Positions 38,477 to 48,649 of a stretch of 64,000 nucleotides of DNA are shown in pieces. Every line of letters begins with the position of its first letter. Position 1 is the first letter of the stretch. This DNA is from Patescibacteria group bacterium (GTDB taxonomy: Bacteria; Patescibacteriota; Patescibacteriia; UBA1558; GWA2-36-10). A program made the position numbers and the translations under genes. The notes beneath the pieces were generated by a model. It saw only the letters and a program-made list of their open reading frames with translations. It did not search any database and was not told where the DNA came from. Location: positions 225 through 64,224 of the forward strand of contig JBAYIR010000005.1 of assembly GCA_041665505.1 (NCBI GenBank), in the 5' to 3' direction.

Positions 38477-38921
38477 ATTTACAATATTTTTGTTGATTGT
38501 AGTGCTAGCTCTATTGGGTCTAGCTTATTATAGTTTTTTGACTTATCAGCAGACGACGGTTAGTATCAATGGTTTTGTGTTTAAGACGGATGTTGTTAAA
38601 AATGCCAAAGAATTAGAGCGGGGTTTATCTGGTCAAGAGACTCTAGCTGATGATCAGGCGATGTTATTTATTTTTCCAGATAAAAATAAGCGTGTTTTTT
38701 GGATGAAAGAAATGAATTTTAATATTGATCTTTTATGGATAGATGGCGATAAGGTCATTGCTTATGAAAAAAATATGCCAGCCCCAGATAAAAATCAACT
38801 ATTAGATGCTTTAGTAAAATATAATTCACCGTCAGCAGTTGATAAAGTTTTGGAAATAAAAGCCGGCTTAATTGATGTTTTAGGTATAAAAGTAGGCGAT
38901 ATAATAAAATTTAATATTTAG
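38463..38921 (+). CDS. DUF192-family protein (N-terminal membrane anchor)
   Basis: MLFIFPDKNKRVFWMKEMNFNIDLLWIDGD resembles the DUF192 core GMLFvF...fWMknT..pLDiiFid. Confidence 0.5.
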   Translation: MKKHKFTIFLLIVVLALLGLAYYSFLTYQQTTVSINGFVFKTDVVKNAKELERGLSGQETLADDQAMLFIFPDKNKRVFWMKEMNFNIDLLWIDGDKVIAYEKNMPAPDKNQLLDALVKYNSPSAVDKVLEIKAGLIDVLGIKVGDIIKFNI

Positions 38922-38952
38922 TTTAGCTCAATTTATTTAAAATAATAAATAT

Positions 38953-39270
38953 ATGACCAAAGAACGCTTCCAGGAAATAAAGGCTAATATAAAACAAAAT
39001 TTTAGTATAGAAGATAATTACGAAGAAGATTTAGAACCAGGTATAGCAGAACTAATAGAATTTATCGGTCCCCAAGGCAGAACGCTCTTACGATTTGTTA
39101 CTAAACCAAAATTATTGGATAAAAAAACCAGTTTTTCCAATCGAGCTGGTTCTGACGTCAAGGTAGATTATGTTTATTCTGAAGAGGAAACAGTTTCTTA
39201 TTTGGAAGTTTATAATTGGTCAGAAGACAAAGATGATTGGATAAAGCTAGACGTCGAAGCTTCATTTTAG
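38953..39270 (+). CDS. Hypothetical protein
   Basis: 105 aa, acidic, no motif. Confidence 0.4.
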   Translation: MTKERFQEIKANIKQNFSIEDNYEEDLEPGIAELIEFIGPQGRTLLRFVTKPKLLDKKTSFSNRAGSDVKVDYVYSEEETVSYLEVYNWSEDKDDWIKLDVEASF

Positions 39271-39283
39271 TTATAATAGAGAT

Positions 39284-39739
39284 ATGTTTAAAAATAGACA
39301 AAAAATAATTTTTAAAAGTGATAATCAAACGAAAAATATTTTGTTTTTAGTGTTGGTATTTATTGCTATAGGTTTGGTAAGTATATTTTTTACGCACCAA
39401 GCTCCTCAGTCAGACGTTTCAAGAATTTTAGTATCTCAGGAGAATTATGTAAATTACATCAAACCATGGATGAATAGTGTCTATTTAGATCAATCGGTAG
39501 CCAATATAACAGTTATAAAAAATAATTTTCTCAATTTTCAAGGGGCTGATCAATCAATCGGGCCAGCTCATATTGCTTTATTTTTGGCCTTAGATGCTTG
39601 GGAAAAGTTTTTGCTGACTGGTGATGATAACAATAAACAGCAAGCTATCAGACATTTCTCTTCAGCAGCTGATTTATTGCCAGAGCTTAGTTTAGAAATA
39701 AAAAATTTAGCTAATATTTTAAAAAGACAAAATGTTTAA
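39284..39739 (+). CDS. Hypothetical membrane-anchored protein
   Basis: 151 aa with one N-terminal TM helix. Confidence 0.4.
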   Translation: MFKNRQKIIFKSDNQTKNILFLVLVFIAIGLVSIFFTHQAPQSDVSRILVSQENYVNYIKPWMNSVYLDQSVANITVIKNNFLNFQGADQSIGPAHIALFLALDAWEKFLLTGDDNNKQQAIRHFSSAADLLPELSLEIKNLANILKRQNV

Positions 39740-40460
39740 ATATTTCAGCATATTTATTAGCCCACTTTTATTATTGTTTGGTTTTTGGTCTTTATTTTAT
39801 AGCCAAAAAAGCATACATTATTGGTTGCTCGGGCTAGCTATAGTGGTTATTTTACTATCGGGGCGTATTTTGGCCAGAAATAAGTTTTGGAAGTTTAAGG
39901 TTTTATGGCTTAATTTGATTTTAGTTTATATTTCTCAGTTATTATTTATATTATTATTAATTTCCGGAGGAGCTAGGTATGTCTTATCTTTTATTTTAGC
40001 TTTATCATGGTTGCTTATCTGGTGGTTGATGGCTAAATATTTTGAGAACATAGATAGTAGTATAGTCAGTAGTAATTATTTGGCAGTGAATAAATTTTTT
40101 TATTATCTAGGTTTTTGGTTTTTATCTACTAGTCTATATTCCTTAGTCATATTTTTACATTTTCCAATATTTTATGCTGGCCTGATAATGTTAGGAGCGA
40201 CATTTTTTTGGTCATTAGACATTATCAGAAGTCGAGATGATCTTAATTGGCCTTATTTGCTCTTTACTTTATTTTTACTTAGTCAAATACTAACAGTAGT
40301 TTATTTATTACCGCTTAGTTTTTATGTGGCTGGCACTATTGCAACTTTATGGTTTTTCTTTATAATAGATAGTACAGCCAATACTTTAAAATCATTCAAA
40401 TTGTATTTAAGCTTGTTTTTATTGAGCATTTTGCTATTATTAATTACTTCTATAATATAA
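39732..40460 (+). CDS. Hypothetical polytopic membrane protein
   Basis: 242 aa with about seven hydrophobic helices. Confidence 0.5.
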   Translation: MFKYFSIFISPLLLLFGFWSLFYSQKSIHYWLLGLAIVVILLSGRILARNKFWKFKVLWLNLILVYISQLLFILLLISGGARYVLSFILALSWLLIWWLMAKYFENIDSSIVSSNYLAVNKFFYYLGFWFLSTSLYSLVIFLHFPIFYAGLIMLGATFFWSLDIIRSRDDLNWPYLLFTLFLLSQILTVVYLLPLSFYVAGTIATLWFFFIIDSTANTLKSFKLYLSLFLLSILLLLITSII

Positions 40461-40547
40461 TCAAATACCTGCTTATAAGGTAGGTAGGTGTGCATTCTTT
40501 ATAAATCGTAGTCAATAACGGGGGCTAATAATTAAATTTCTAATGAG

Positions 40548-41633
40548 ATGGAAGAAAAATATAAACATTTTGTCAGACCAACTACTCAAAGACCACCATC
40601 TATGTTTAATTTGACTATTTGGACTATTTTAGTAGGATTAGTGGCTGGATTCGGAGGCTATTTATTGGCCAATTATATATTACCATCTAGTAGCGCTAAC
40701 TATTTTAATATCAATAACCCCGATCGTGAAATTAAAGTAGCTATAGAACAGCCTTTGGTCAATATTGGTGAGAAAAATCAAAAAAGCGTGGCTGGTATTT
40801 ATAAACAACAAAAAGCCTTATCAGCTGTGGGGCAGGCTTTATTTTCTAAGGAAGATTTTTTAGGCTCGGCCGTGGTGGTGACTTCTGATGGCTGGTTGAT
40901 GACCACTGACCAAGTAGCTGCTGATATTGGTCTAAGTGTCGTATTGGCAGATAAAATATATCAAGTAGAAAAGCTGACTAAAGATGAATTTAGTGGTTTA
41001 GTATTTTTGAAAATAAATGATAATTCTCTGCAGCCAGTTAATTTTCAATTGACAGATGATATAAAGATAGGGGAGAAGCTATTTACTAGCATAGATATCC
41101 CCAATGCTTATAATCATTATTTTGCTACTACTTATTTAAGTAACAACCATTATTCTCCTAGTAAATATTTATTTACAGATACTATAGATTATTATATCAA
41201 AATTTCAGACATCAATTTGGAACCAGCTTCCCCATATTTCAATCTAACTGGAGATTTACTTGGTTTATCATACAATGTGGAGGATGAAATATTACTTATT
41301 CCTTCAGAATATATAAAACAAGCAGTCAAGAATTTACTCAATAATACTGAGCGTTTTAAATTGGGTATTAGATATGTAGATATGGAAAATAATAGTGGTT
41401 TTGATCGTAAAGGTAGTTTGGTTTATAATCCGCAAACAGTGCCAGTAGTTTATAATTCTCCAGCTTATAAAGCGGGTATAAAACTTGGTGATCAGATAGT
41501 AGCTATAAATAATGATATTATATCCAATTATAGAAGCCTGACTTCAATTTTACAAAATTATAGGCCAGGTGATGTGGTAATTATAAAAATTTTACGAGAA
41601 GGAATAGAACAAGATATAGAGATATCTCTTTAA
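40548..41633 (+). CDS. Membrane-anchored HtrA-like protein with C-terminal PDZ domain, probably catalytically degenerate
   Basis: GSAVVVTSDGWLMTTDQV aligns to the HtrA block GSGF.I..DGYILTNNHV, with the catalytic His replaced by Gln. No GNSGG block. PDZ-like IKLGDQIVAINNDII...GDVVIIKILREG. Confidence 0.4.
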   Translation: MEEKYKHFVRPTTQRPPSMFNLTIWTILVGLVAGFGGYLLANYILPSSSANYFNINNPDREIKVAIEQPLVNIGEKNQKSVAGIYKQQKALSAVGQALFSKEDFLGSAVVVTSDGWLMTTDQVAADIGLSVVLADKIYQVEKLTKDEFSGLVFLKINDNSLQPVNFQLTDDIKIGEKLFTSIDIPNAYNHYFATTYLSNNHYSPSKYLFTDTIDYYIKISDINLEPASPYFNLTGDLLGLSYNVEDEILLIPSEYIKQAVKNLLNNTERFKLGIRYVDMENNSGFDRKGSLVYNPQTVPVVYNSPAYKAGIKLGDQIVAINNDIISNYRSLTSILQNYRPGDVVIIKILREGIEQDIEISL

Positions 41634-41639
41634 TGTAAA

Positions 41640-41708
41640 AAACATAAATTCCCCTAACCCCGCTTCATCCCTCTGCTTCGCTCGGGATTTCGCGGGGCAG
41701 GCAGGGGC
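41640..41708. terminator. Bidirectional terminator hairpin
   Basis: AAAAAACATAA...GC-rich stem...TTATGTTTTTTT lying between convergent genes. Confidence 0.6.
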
Positions 41709-41997
41709 TTATGTTTTTTTATTTAGTGCCAGTTTGATATGAGGGCTAAATTTTTTGTTGTTTATTTTCCACTTGTCTACATATTGCCCAATACCTTGAT
41801 TGTCCAATTGATTGGAGCGGCGAGTGGACTGCCGTGACCAGTCTACTAAAGAGACAAAGTTAATTTTATATCTTCCTTTGACGACAATATATTTTATTTG
41901 TTCTTCTTTAATGGCTTGGCGAATAGTTTTACTAGATACACCAAAGAGGCGGGCAGCCTCTGACACAGATACTCGGATGACATTATCATTTTTAAGC
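41709..41997 (-). CDS. Small helix-turn-helix DNA-binding protein (excisionase/MerR-like HTH)
   Basis: SVSEAARLFGVSSKTIRQAIKEEQI. Start taken at the internal Met of MLKNDNVIRV; the ORF-track start at 42041 is probably too long. Confidence 0.5.
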
Positions 41998-42332
41998 ATA
42001 TACTTGTGGATAATATAAAATATTATAAATAAAGTATACATTATTCTAGACTTTATTACAATATTGTGGATAAATATATTTATTTTATAGATAAAAAAAG
42101 ACTTAAAAAATAGCTAATTTTAGCCTATTTTTCTCTTTACATAAATTTTAAAAAGTGTTATAATCTCTAAGATTACAATCAATAAAAATCTTTATCAATA
42201 ATAAAGAAATAACTAATACAGTAATGAATATCGATATATTAGCTAATATTAGCTAATATATTAACTAGACTTTAAACCCAATCGCGCGCTTATTTTAGTG
42301 TAATATTTTGGGTCTTTTTTCCGTCTATATAT

Positions 42333-42881
42333 ATGCAAAGTATAAAAAGTAATTTACAAGAAAGAATAGCTTTTTTAAAGCTTAGATCAGGAGATTCTGA
42401 CGCTTTTGCCTTTTTTTATGATAAGTATGTAAAAAGTATTTATCGTTTCGTCTATATAAAGGTTGGTAACAAACAAGTAGCTGAAGATTTGACCCAAGAT
42501 ATATTTTTGAAAATTTGGCAACATTTGGTAGACAAAAAGAATGTTAGAAGTTTTCAAGCTTTCATATTCCGTATAGCTAGAAACACAGTCGTAGATCACT
42601 ATCGTAGTACTAAACAAGAGTTGCCACTGGATTATGTATCAGAGTCAGTAGAGATTATAGAGGAGACAGTGATAATGGCTGATAAAAATATAGATGCCAC
42701 TATACTACTTAAAGAAATAACTAAGCTAAGATCAGAATATCAAGAAGTATTGTTACTAAGGTATGTTGAGGATATGTCTATTGATGATATAGCTCAAGTA
42801 ATGGATAAAGACAAAAATAATATTAGGGTCACTATTCATAGAGCCTTGGCTAAATTAAAAGCCATCACCAAAGGTAAATAA
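42333..42881 (+). CDS. ECF-type RNA polymerase sigma factor (sigma-70 regions 2 and 4)
   Basis: DLTQDIFLKIWQ (region 2.2) and SIDDIAQVMDKDKNNIRVTIHRALAKLK (region 4 HTH). Confidence 0.85.
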   Translation: MQSIKSNLQERIAFLKLRSGDSDAFAFFYDKYVKSIYRFVYIKVGNKQVAEDLTQDIFLKIWQHLVDKKNVRSFQAFIFRIARNTVVDHYRSTKQELPLDYVSESVEIIEETVIMADKNIDATILLKEITKLRSEYQEVLLLRYVEDMSIDDIAQVMDKDKNNIRVTIHRALAKLKAITKGK

Positions 42882-42899
42882 TAATCGCGAAATAAACTC

Positions 42900-44303
42900 A
42901 TGAGTTTAATAAAAAACATTTCTCACATCAAGCATCTGGATAGTGTCCAGCCAGATAGAAGATGGAGAAATACAGCTAAATACGATTTGCTAGAGGAGAT
43001 CTCATCTCAAAATAGATTGATGCAAGCCTATAAACTATCTAATAATCAAAAGATAGATCTTTTTGTTATGCGTTTTATCAATCGTCTAGCTCCATCAATG
43101 GCTAAACTTATGACAGTGTTTTTGGTCTTTACGATGTTTTTTGGTGTTAATATTGCTGCTCAAGCCTCTGCTCCAGGAGATGATTTGTGGCCAGTCAAAA
43201 GAGCTATTGAAGAAGGTGAAGTATTAGTGGCTTTCAGTCCAGTTGCGAAAGCAGAAATTCATATTGAACATGTTGGTAAAAGATTAAAAGAAATTGATAA
43301 GATTTTACAAAAGCCAACTAACACCGAGACTAAAGTCAAAAAAGATAAGGCCATAAAACAAGCTATTAGTCATTTGGAAAAAGATGTGACTTCAGTTGAT
43401 TCGGCTCTGAAGATTGTCAAAGAAGAAAAGAGTCCAATGGAAGTAGTAGAGCTAGTCAAGAAAGTAACAGATGCTACTAAAGGAGTAGATAATAAATTAG
43501 CAGAAAAAAAAGTAGAAGCTCAAAATACTAATGATAAAGAACTTGGTAAAGCAATAGATAGTGCTAAAGTTTTAAATAAACAGGTCAAAAAAGCCGCCGT
43601 AGAAGTAGCTATAGAAGTGCACGAGGAGTTGCAAAAGATAGCAGAAGATAAAGCAGTCTTAGATGCTAGCATCACTGACGGGGCAAGGACGAATATTGAT
43701 AATACTGGGTCTTTAGAAACTGGTACAGTTGATATAGTAGACTCAGGAGCAGTGGAAGAAGTAAGCCCAGAGGAAGTAGAAGCTATTGGTAATTTAGTCA
43801 AAGAAATATTAGCTTCAGAAATTAGTGATTTGTCAGAAGAAGTCAAAGACGTCAAGCAAAAAGTAGAAATAGTAAATGAAGAAGCTTTAAAGACTATTAA
43901 GCATGAGGCTTTGGGTGAAGAAAATACAGAAAAAATTATTACTGCTGAGCTAGATGAATTTGATGTCATTAAAAAAGAAAGTTCTCAGGAAAGTGAAGTA
44001 GTATTGGAAGAAGCTAAAGTGTTGCTAGATAATGGAATGTTTAAAGATGTTTTTAATAAAGTATCTGAGGCTAACGAAAAATATGAAAAAGCAGAAGTTA
44101 CTTTGAAGAAAATAGAAGAGGTCATTGAAGTGAAACAAGAAATTGAAAATCAAAATCCAACTATTATAGAAACACCAAATAATTTCAAGACGCCATCTTC
44201 TCCTAGTGCTTATCTTAATGCTAGCGACCAAAATATTATTAGAGCTTCAGCCATTGATATAAGTGGTCAAGAAGCCAAAGAGCTAGAAACTTTAGTAGAA
44301 TAA
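42900..44303 (+). CDS. Putative anti-sigma factor / membrane protein with long E/K-rich extracytoplasmic coiled-coil region
   Basis: Immediately downstream of the ECF sigma gene. One TM helix at about aa 68-90, and a long charged C-terminal part. Confidence 0.4.
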   Translation: MSLIKNISHIKHLDSVQPDRRWRNTAKYDLLEEISSQNRLMQAYKLSNNQKIDLFVMRFINRLAPSMAKLMTVFLVFTMFFGVNIAAQASAPGDDLWPVKRAIEEGEVLVAFSPVAKAEIHIEHVGKRLKEIDKILQKPTNTETKVKKDKAIKQAISHLEKDVTSVDSALKIVKEEKSPMEVVELVKKVTDATKGVDNKLAEKKVEAQNTNDKELGKAIDSAKVLNKQVKKAAVEVAIEVHEELQKIAEDKAVLDASITDGARTNIDNTGSLETGTVDIVDSGAVEEVSPEEVEAIGNLVKEILASEISDLSEEVKDVKQKVEIVNEEALKTIKHEALGEENTEKIITAELDEFDVIKKESSQESEVVLEEAKVLLDNGMFKDVFNKVSEANEKYEKAEVTLKKIEEVIEVKQEIENQNPTIIETPNNFKTPSSPSAYLNASDQNIIRASAIDISGQEAKELETLVE

Positions 44304-44774
44304 GCCAATTTAATTTGTAGTTTAATAATTAACGCGTCTTGGTTGTTTAATCAAATAGCTAAGGCCAATATACAAACTTCTATCGCGACGTGCTGATCTA
44401 GTCAATCAGGAGGCATTAGACAAGATAGGTTGAGGGTATTTAGCTTTTATTCCCATGCGTAAAAAGAATAAGAGCTATTATCCCTAACTTATCGCCTTAA
44501 TCGCGCGCGAATTAGGGTTTAGTTTATAGCTTGCTATAGAGGGCTATAAACAAATTCTTATTATCAGGCCCTGCCTGATAATAAGATCTTAATCAACGTT
44601 CCTAGATAATTCATTTTTTCAGACGGATTGGTAAACCTATTAATTTAGTTGACCAGAAAGGTCGGCATGGCAATGCCGTGGGCGCTAAATCTAGTAGTTT
44701 TAGCCTCTGTAAGACAGAGACGTTTGCTAATTAGCTGATGAGATAGTATTTAGAGAACTTTTAAAATCGAACAA

Positions 44775-47700
44775 ATGAGTTTAATAAAAAGACTTTTTGT
44801 GTTTTCCTTGGTACTTACCACTGTCCTATGGTCATTTGGTGGCCTAAAGGTTAATGCAGCTGGTAACTACGGAGCAGGATCACTTCTTGCTTTACAGGGA
44901 CAAAGCGGAGCTGCTGTCTATTACATTGGTTCAGATGGTAAAAAATATGTTTTCCCTGATGGAAAAACTTATGCTACCTGGTATGCCAATTTTAACGATG
45001 TTGTTAGAGTTAGCGTAACTGAACTAGATATGTATCCTGATGGTGGTGCCGTTACTTATCGTGCTGGTACAAAATTAATCAAACACGAAAATACAGCCAA
45101 AATTTATGCTGTGGGCAATGGTGGAACTATCCACTGGGTTCCTAGCGAAGCAATCGCTGTAGCTTTATATGGTGCAACTTGGTATACAAAAGTCATGGAT
45201 GTAATTCCTGGCTATTTTTCATCAAGCTACACTTTAGGAGCTGATTTATCTGACAAATACCCAAGTGGAACTTTGTTACAAATGGGTGAAAATATGTACG
45301 TTGTAGATGGTACATCTGTCAGACCATTTGCTGATGCTGATGCTTTTGAAGCCAACAATTTTGTCTATGCCAACTTAATCGAAGTTACTAGCATTGCTGG
45401 TTATTCCACAGGTGAATCTGTCACTGGTGAGGAAGTTGCTTTATCCGGCTTTATGGCCGCTGAAGAAGACGATACAGTAGTGGTAGATGGAAACTTAACA
45501 GTTTCTCTATACCAAACTCCAGAGGCTATGAATATGCCAGAGTTGTCATCAAATGATTTCTTAGGATTAAAACTAGCTGCTGGTTCTTCAGCTGTTAGTG
45601 TAGAATCATTGACTTTGACCTCTTATGGTCTAGGTGATTCTGAAAATGTTGATGATGTTACTATTTACCAAAATGGTGTCAAAGTTGGTACTTCCAAGAA
45701 TGTCAACTCAGACAGAAAAGCTGTATTTAACTTTTCTACCCCAATCGAAATTGCTGCCAACAGCTCAGTTATGTTGACAGTAAAAGCTACTATTGCTGCC
45801 GCTGCAGTTGCTAGCGAAACCTATGGTTTAGGTATTGCTTCAGCTAGTGACATAGTCACTGGTGGAACTGTTGGTGGTTCTTTCCCAGTCATGGGTAACT
45901 TAATGACAGATGTAGCAGCTAATATTGGAACTGTTGTTTTGTCAGGCGTTCAAAATTCTGATAACGTAGCAGTAAATTTTGGTGAAGACAATGTCTTGTT
46001 AGCAGAATTTACTTTGACTACTGGTTCAAATGAACCATTGCTATGGGAAACTGCCAGATTTAGAAATGGTGGTACCAACAACGCTGATGTTTTAGACAAC
46101 TTAAGAATTGAAGTTGACGGTGACATTGTCGCTGAAGGTGCTTCATTGGTTGATAAATACATCAACTTTGATATGGGCAGTTTATTACTTGATAAGAGTA
46201 AAGCTGTTAATGTAGAAGTATATGGTGATATTGGTGTTGCTAGTGTAAATAACACTATTGACCTATATATTGACAATGCTTCTGACTTTGTATTTATGGG
46301 TCAAACCTATGGATACGGAGTACAAATTACTAGCATTGCTACATTAGATGCAGCTGGTGATGGTATCCAAGCTCTTTTAGCTGCTGCTGATTTCACATTA
46401 GATATGGACAAAGCTGCTACTCCTTCCAAGGATGTAAAAGCTGGTGATGATAATGTAGTATTAGCTACAATGTCTTTCACATCAAATGGTGAAAATGCTA
46501 CTATCAATGATATTAGTAACACTGGAACAGCTACTGCTGCTCAAATGGATTTCTATGTTGAAACTAATAGCTCTCAAGCCGCTGGTTTTGATGACGAGTT
46601 GTCCAATTTTGAGTTAAGAGATGTCTCTAATGGTATTTTATATGATATCACAGCTACAGCTTCTACAACTTTCAAAGGTTGGGCCTTAGCTATGACTGAT
46701 GAAATAGCATTGACAGCTGGTGTAACCAAGACTTTTGAGTTGAGAGTAGATGTAGCTGGTACTGGGGATACTGATGCAGCTGATGATGCTGATACTTATA
46801 AAGTTTATCTAGAAAGTAGCGCTATGAATGTCACTGGTGATGATTCAGATGCTACTATCAGTGATATTACTCCAAGCTCTGTTTCAGGCACTACAGCCAC
46901 TGTTAGAGATGGTTCACTTAAAGTAACAACAGTTGCTTTGACCAACAAGTCAGTAGTAGGTGGTGCTGGTTCTGTAACTCCAGTAGTGGTTTACAAAGCT
47001 GGTTTGGAAGTTGGCGATTCATCAGATTTGACTTTAACTTCTTATCAAGTTGATGTTACTAATGAATATCCTAACTTCACTGGTTTTGAAGATAGTAATG
47101 TAGCTCAATTAGATTTATATATCGTTGAAAATGGAGTATCTAGATTGTTGAAATCTACTTCAAATGATATTACTAATGATGGTTTAGCTACAGCTTATAT
47201 CAACTTTACTAGCTTAAATACTACAAATAGAGTATTGAAGGCTGGTGTTGATGTTGAGTTGGAAGTAAGAGCATTATTTGCTTCAAGCTTCTCATCTACT
47301 ACTACTGAGTACTTTGCTCTAGAGCAAGTAGACAACTCAGGACTTAACGTTGTAGTAAAAGATTCAGACAACACAGATGTTGATGAAACTATTGCTAATG
47401 GAGGCACAGATTCACGTGTAATGACATTGTCCTCTGCTGGTACTTTGAAAGCTGAAATTTTAACTACAGATACCAAAGCTAATGATGATATGTACATCTT
47501 AGCTGGTTCTGAATCAACTCATGGTAGATATTTAGCTGAATTGAAATTCACTACAGCTAATGAAGCTATTAAGTTGACGGATTTAGCTTTGCAAGAATAT
47601 GGCGATAGTACTGGTGCTGATGTCAAAGTTGTAAAACTTTATGATTCAGCTGGTACAGTTGTAGCTTACAAGAGTCCAACAGCTGATGGTCATGTCCATT

Positions 47701-48521
47701 TTGAAGAAGGAGACTTCTTGAACAGCAAAAATGTATTAGCTGCTGATCAATCAACTTCATTCTTTGTTGGTGTATTGACCAAAACTATCAATGCTGATGG
47801 TGATGTTGAAGGTACTGCTACCTTTGATAATGGCATCCGATATGGTTTTGCTTCATCTGCTGCTTTGGCTGTATTTACAGACTTAGCTGTTGGTGATGCT
47901 GTTAAAGCTACTGGTGTTGATAGTGGTAGCGACATCTCATTGGTTGAAGATACCAATGGCGGTGCTGCTGAAGTTGGTGATTATACAATTTCTTCTACCA
48001 AATCAAAGACAGCTTCTACTACTGGTTCTATCTTGACTGTAATCACCAATGACATGGCTAATAGCACATTGTCTGGTGGTAACAACAAGATCATTGGTGA
48101 ATACAAGTTTGTATTCAACAATGGTAATAACAGAACAGCTGCTAATACAGAATTAAAAGCTCAATTGAGACAGTTGATTTTGACTATTGCTACATCTTCC
48201 ACCACAAACGTTACAGATGTACAAGTCTACATTGAAGGCGATGAGTCTAATAAGACAACCGCTGTCGATCCTCTTGTAGGTGTTGCAACTGTGGACCTTA
48301 CAACTTTACTTACTGATACCAATTTGGTTGATGGAACAGTTACCTTAGTTGTAATTGGTGACTTAGCTGTAGTTGGTGCTGATCAATATGTCCAGACCGA
48401 AATTGCTAGTTTAACCACTGACTTTACCTACAATGGTAACAATGGTACTTCAGGCGCTAACTGGGTAAATGCTAGATTAGATGGCATTTCTCAAGTAACT
48501 GGAGCTACTCTATCTAACTAA
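44775..48521 (+). CDS. Giant secreted Ser/Thr/Ala/Val/Asp-rich surface protein (S-layer-like or adhesin); three ~55-aa N-terminal tandem repeats
   Basis: Signal peptide MSLIKRLFVFSLVLTTVLWSFGGLKVNA. 1248 aa, no Cys, beta-rich low-complexity. Followed by a very strong terminator. Confidence 0.8.
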   Translation: MSLIKRLFVFSLVLTTVLWSFGGLKVNAAGNYGAGSLLALQGQSGAAVYYIGSDGKKYVFPDGKTYATWYANFNDVVRVSVTELDMYPDGGAVTYRAGTKLIKHENTAKIYAVGNGGTIHWVPSEAIAVALYGATWYTKVMDVIPGYFSSSYTLGADLSDKYPSGTLLQMGENMYVVDGTSVRPFADADAFEANNFVYANLIEVTSIAGYSTGESVTGEEVALSGFMAAEEDDTVVVDGNLTVSLYQTPEAMNMPELSSNDFLGLKLAAGSSAVSVESLTLTSYGLGDSENVDDVTIYQNGVKVGTSKNVNSDRKAVFNFSTPIEIAANSSVMLTVKATIAAAAVASETYGLGIASASDIVTGGTVGGSFPVMGNLMTDVAANIGTVVLSGVQNSDNVAVNFGEDNVLLAEFTLTTGSNEPLLWETARFRNGGTNNADVLDNLRIEVDGDIVAEGASLVDKYINFDMGSLLLDKSKAVNVEVYGDIGVASVNNTIDLYIDNASDFVFMGQTYGYGVQITSIATLDAAGDGIQALLAAADFTLDMDKAATPSKDVKAGDDNVVLATMSFTSNGENATINDISNTGTATAAQMDFYVETNSSQAAGFDDELSNFELRDVSNGILYDITATASTTFKGWALAMTDEIALTAGVTKTFELRVDVAGTGDTDAADDADTYKVYLESSAMNVTGDDSDATISDITPSSVSGTTATVRDGSLKVTTVALTNKSVVGGAGSVTPVVVYKAGLEVGDSSDLTLTSYQVDVTNEYPNFTGFEDSNVAQLDLYIVENGVSRLLKSTSNDITNDGLATAYINFTSLNTTNRVLKAGVDVELEVRALFASSFSSTTTEYFALEQVDNSGLNVVVKDSDNTDVDETIANGGTDSRVMTLSSAGTLKAEILTTDTKANDDMYILAGSESTHGRYLAELKFTTANEAIKLTDLALQEYGDSTGADVKVVKLYDSAGTVVAYKSPTADGHVHFEEGDFLNSKNVLAADQSTSFFVGVLTKTINADGDVEGTATFDNGIRYGFASSAALAVFTDLAVGDAVKATGVDSGSDISLVEDTNGGAAEVGDYTISSTKSKTASTTGSILTVITNDMANSTLSGGNNKIIGEYKFVFNNGNNRTAANTELKAQLRQLILTIATSSTTNVTDVQVYIEGDESNKTTAVDPLVGVATVDLTTLLTDTNLVDGTVTLVVIGDLAVVGADQYVQTEIASLTTDFTYNGNNGTSGANWVNARLDGISQVTGATLSN

Positions 48522-48561
48522 GATTGAGTAAGAACTAGAGACGATTAATTTCGTCAAAAAA

Positions 48562-48594
48562 ACACCCTCCCCTTTGGGGGAGGGTGTTTTGATT
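48562..48594 (+). terminator. Strong intrinsic terminator
   Basis: ACACCCTCCCCtttgGGGGAGGGTGT followed by TTTGATTT. Confidence 0.8.
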
Positions 48595-48649
48595 TATTTA
48601 TAGCTATTTGCTATAGTATAGGCACTAAATAGCTAACTTATTAATCAAT

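Noticed and set aside
42900-44800. The identical N-termini MSLIKNISH (42900) and MSLIKRLFV (44775) as evidence of a duplication
   Set aside because: Only five residues are shared, and downstream sequences are unrelated. Coincidence.
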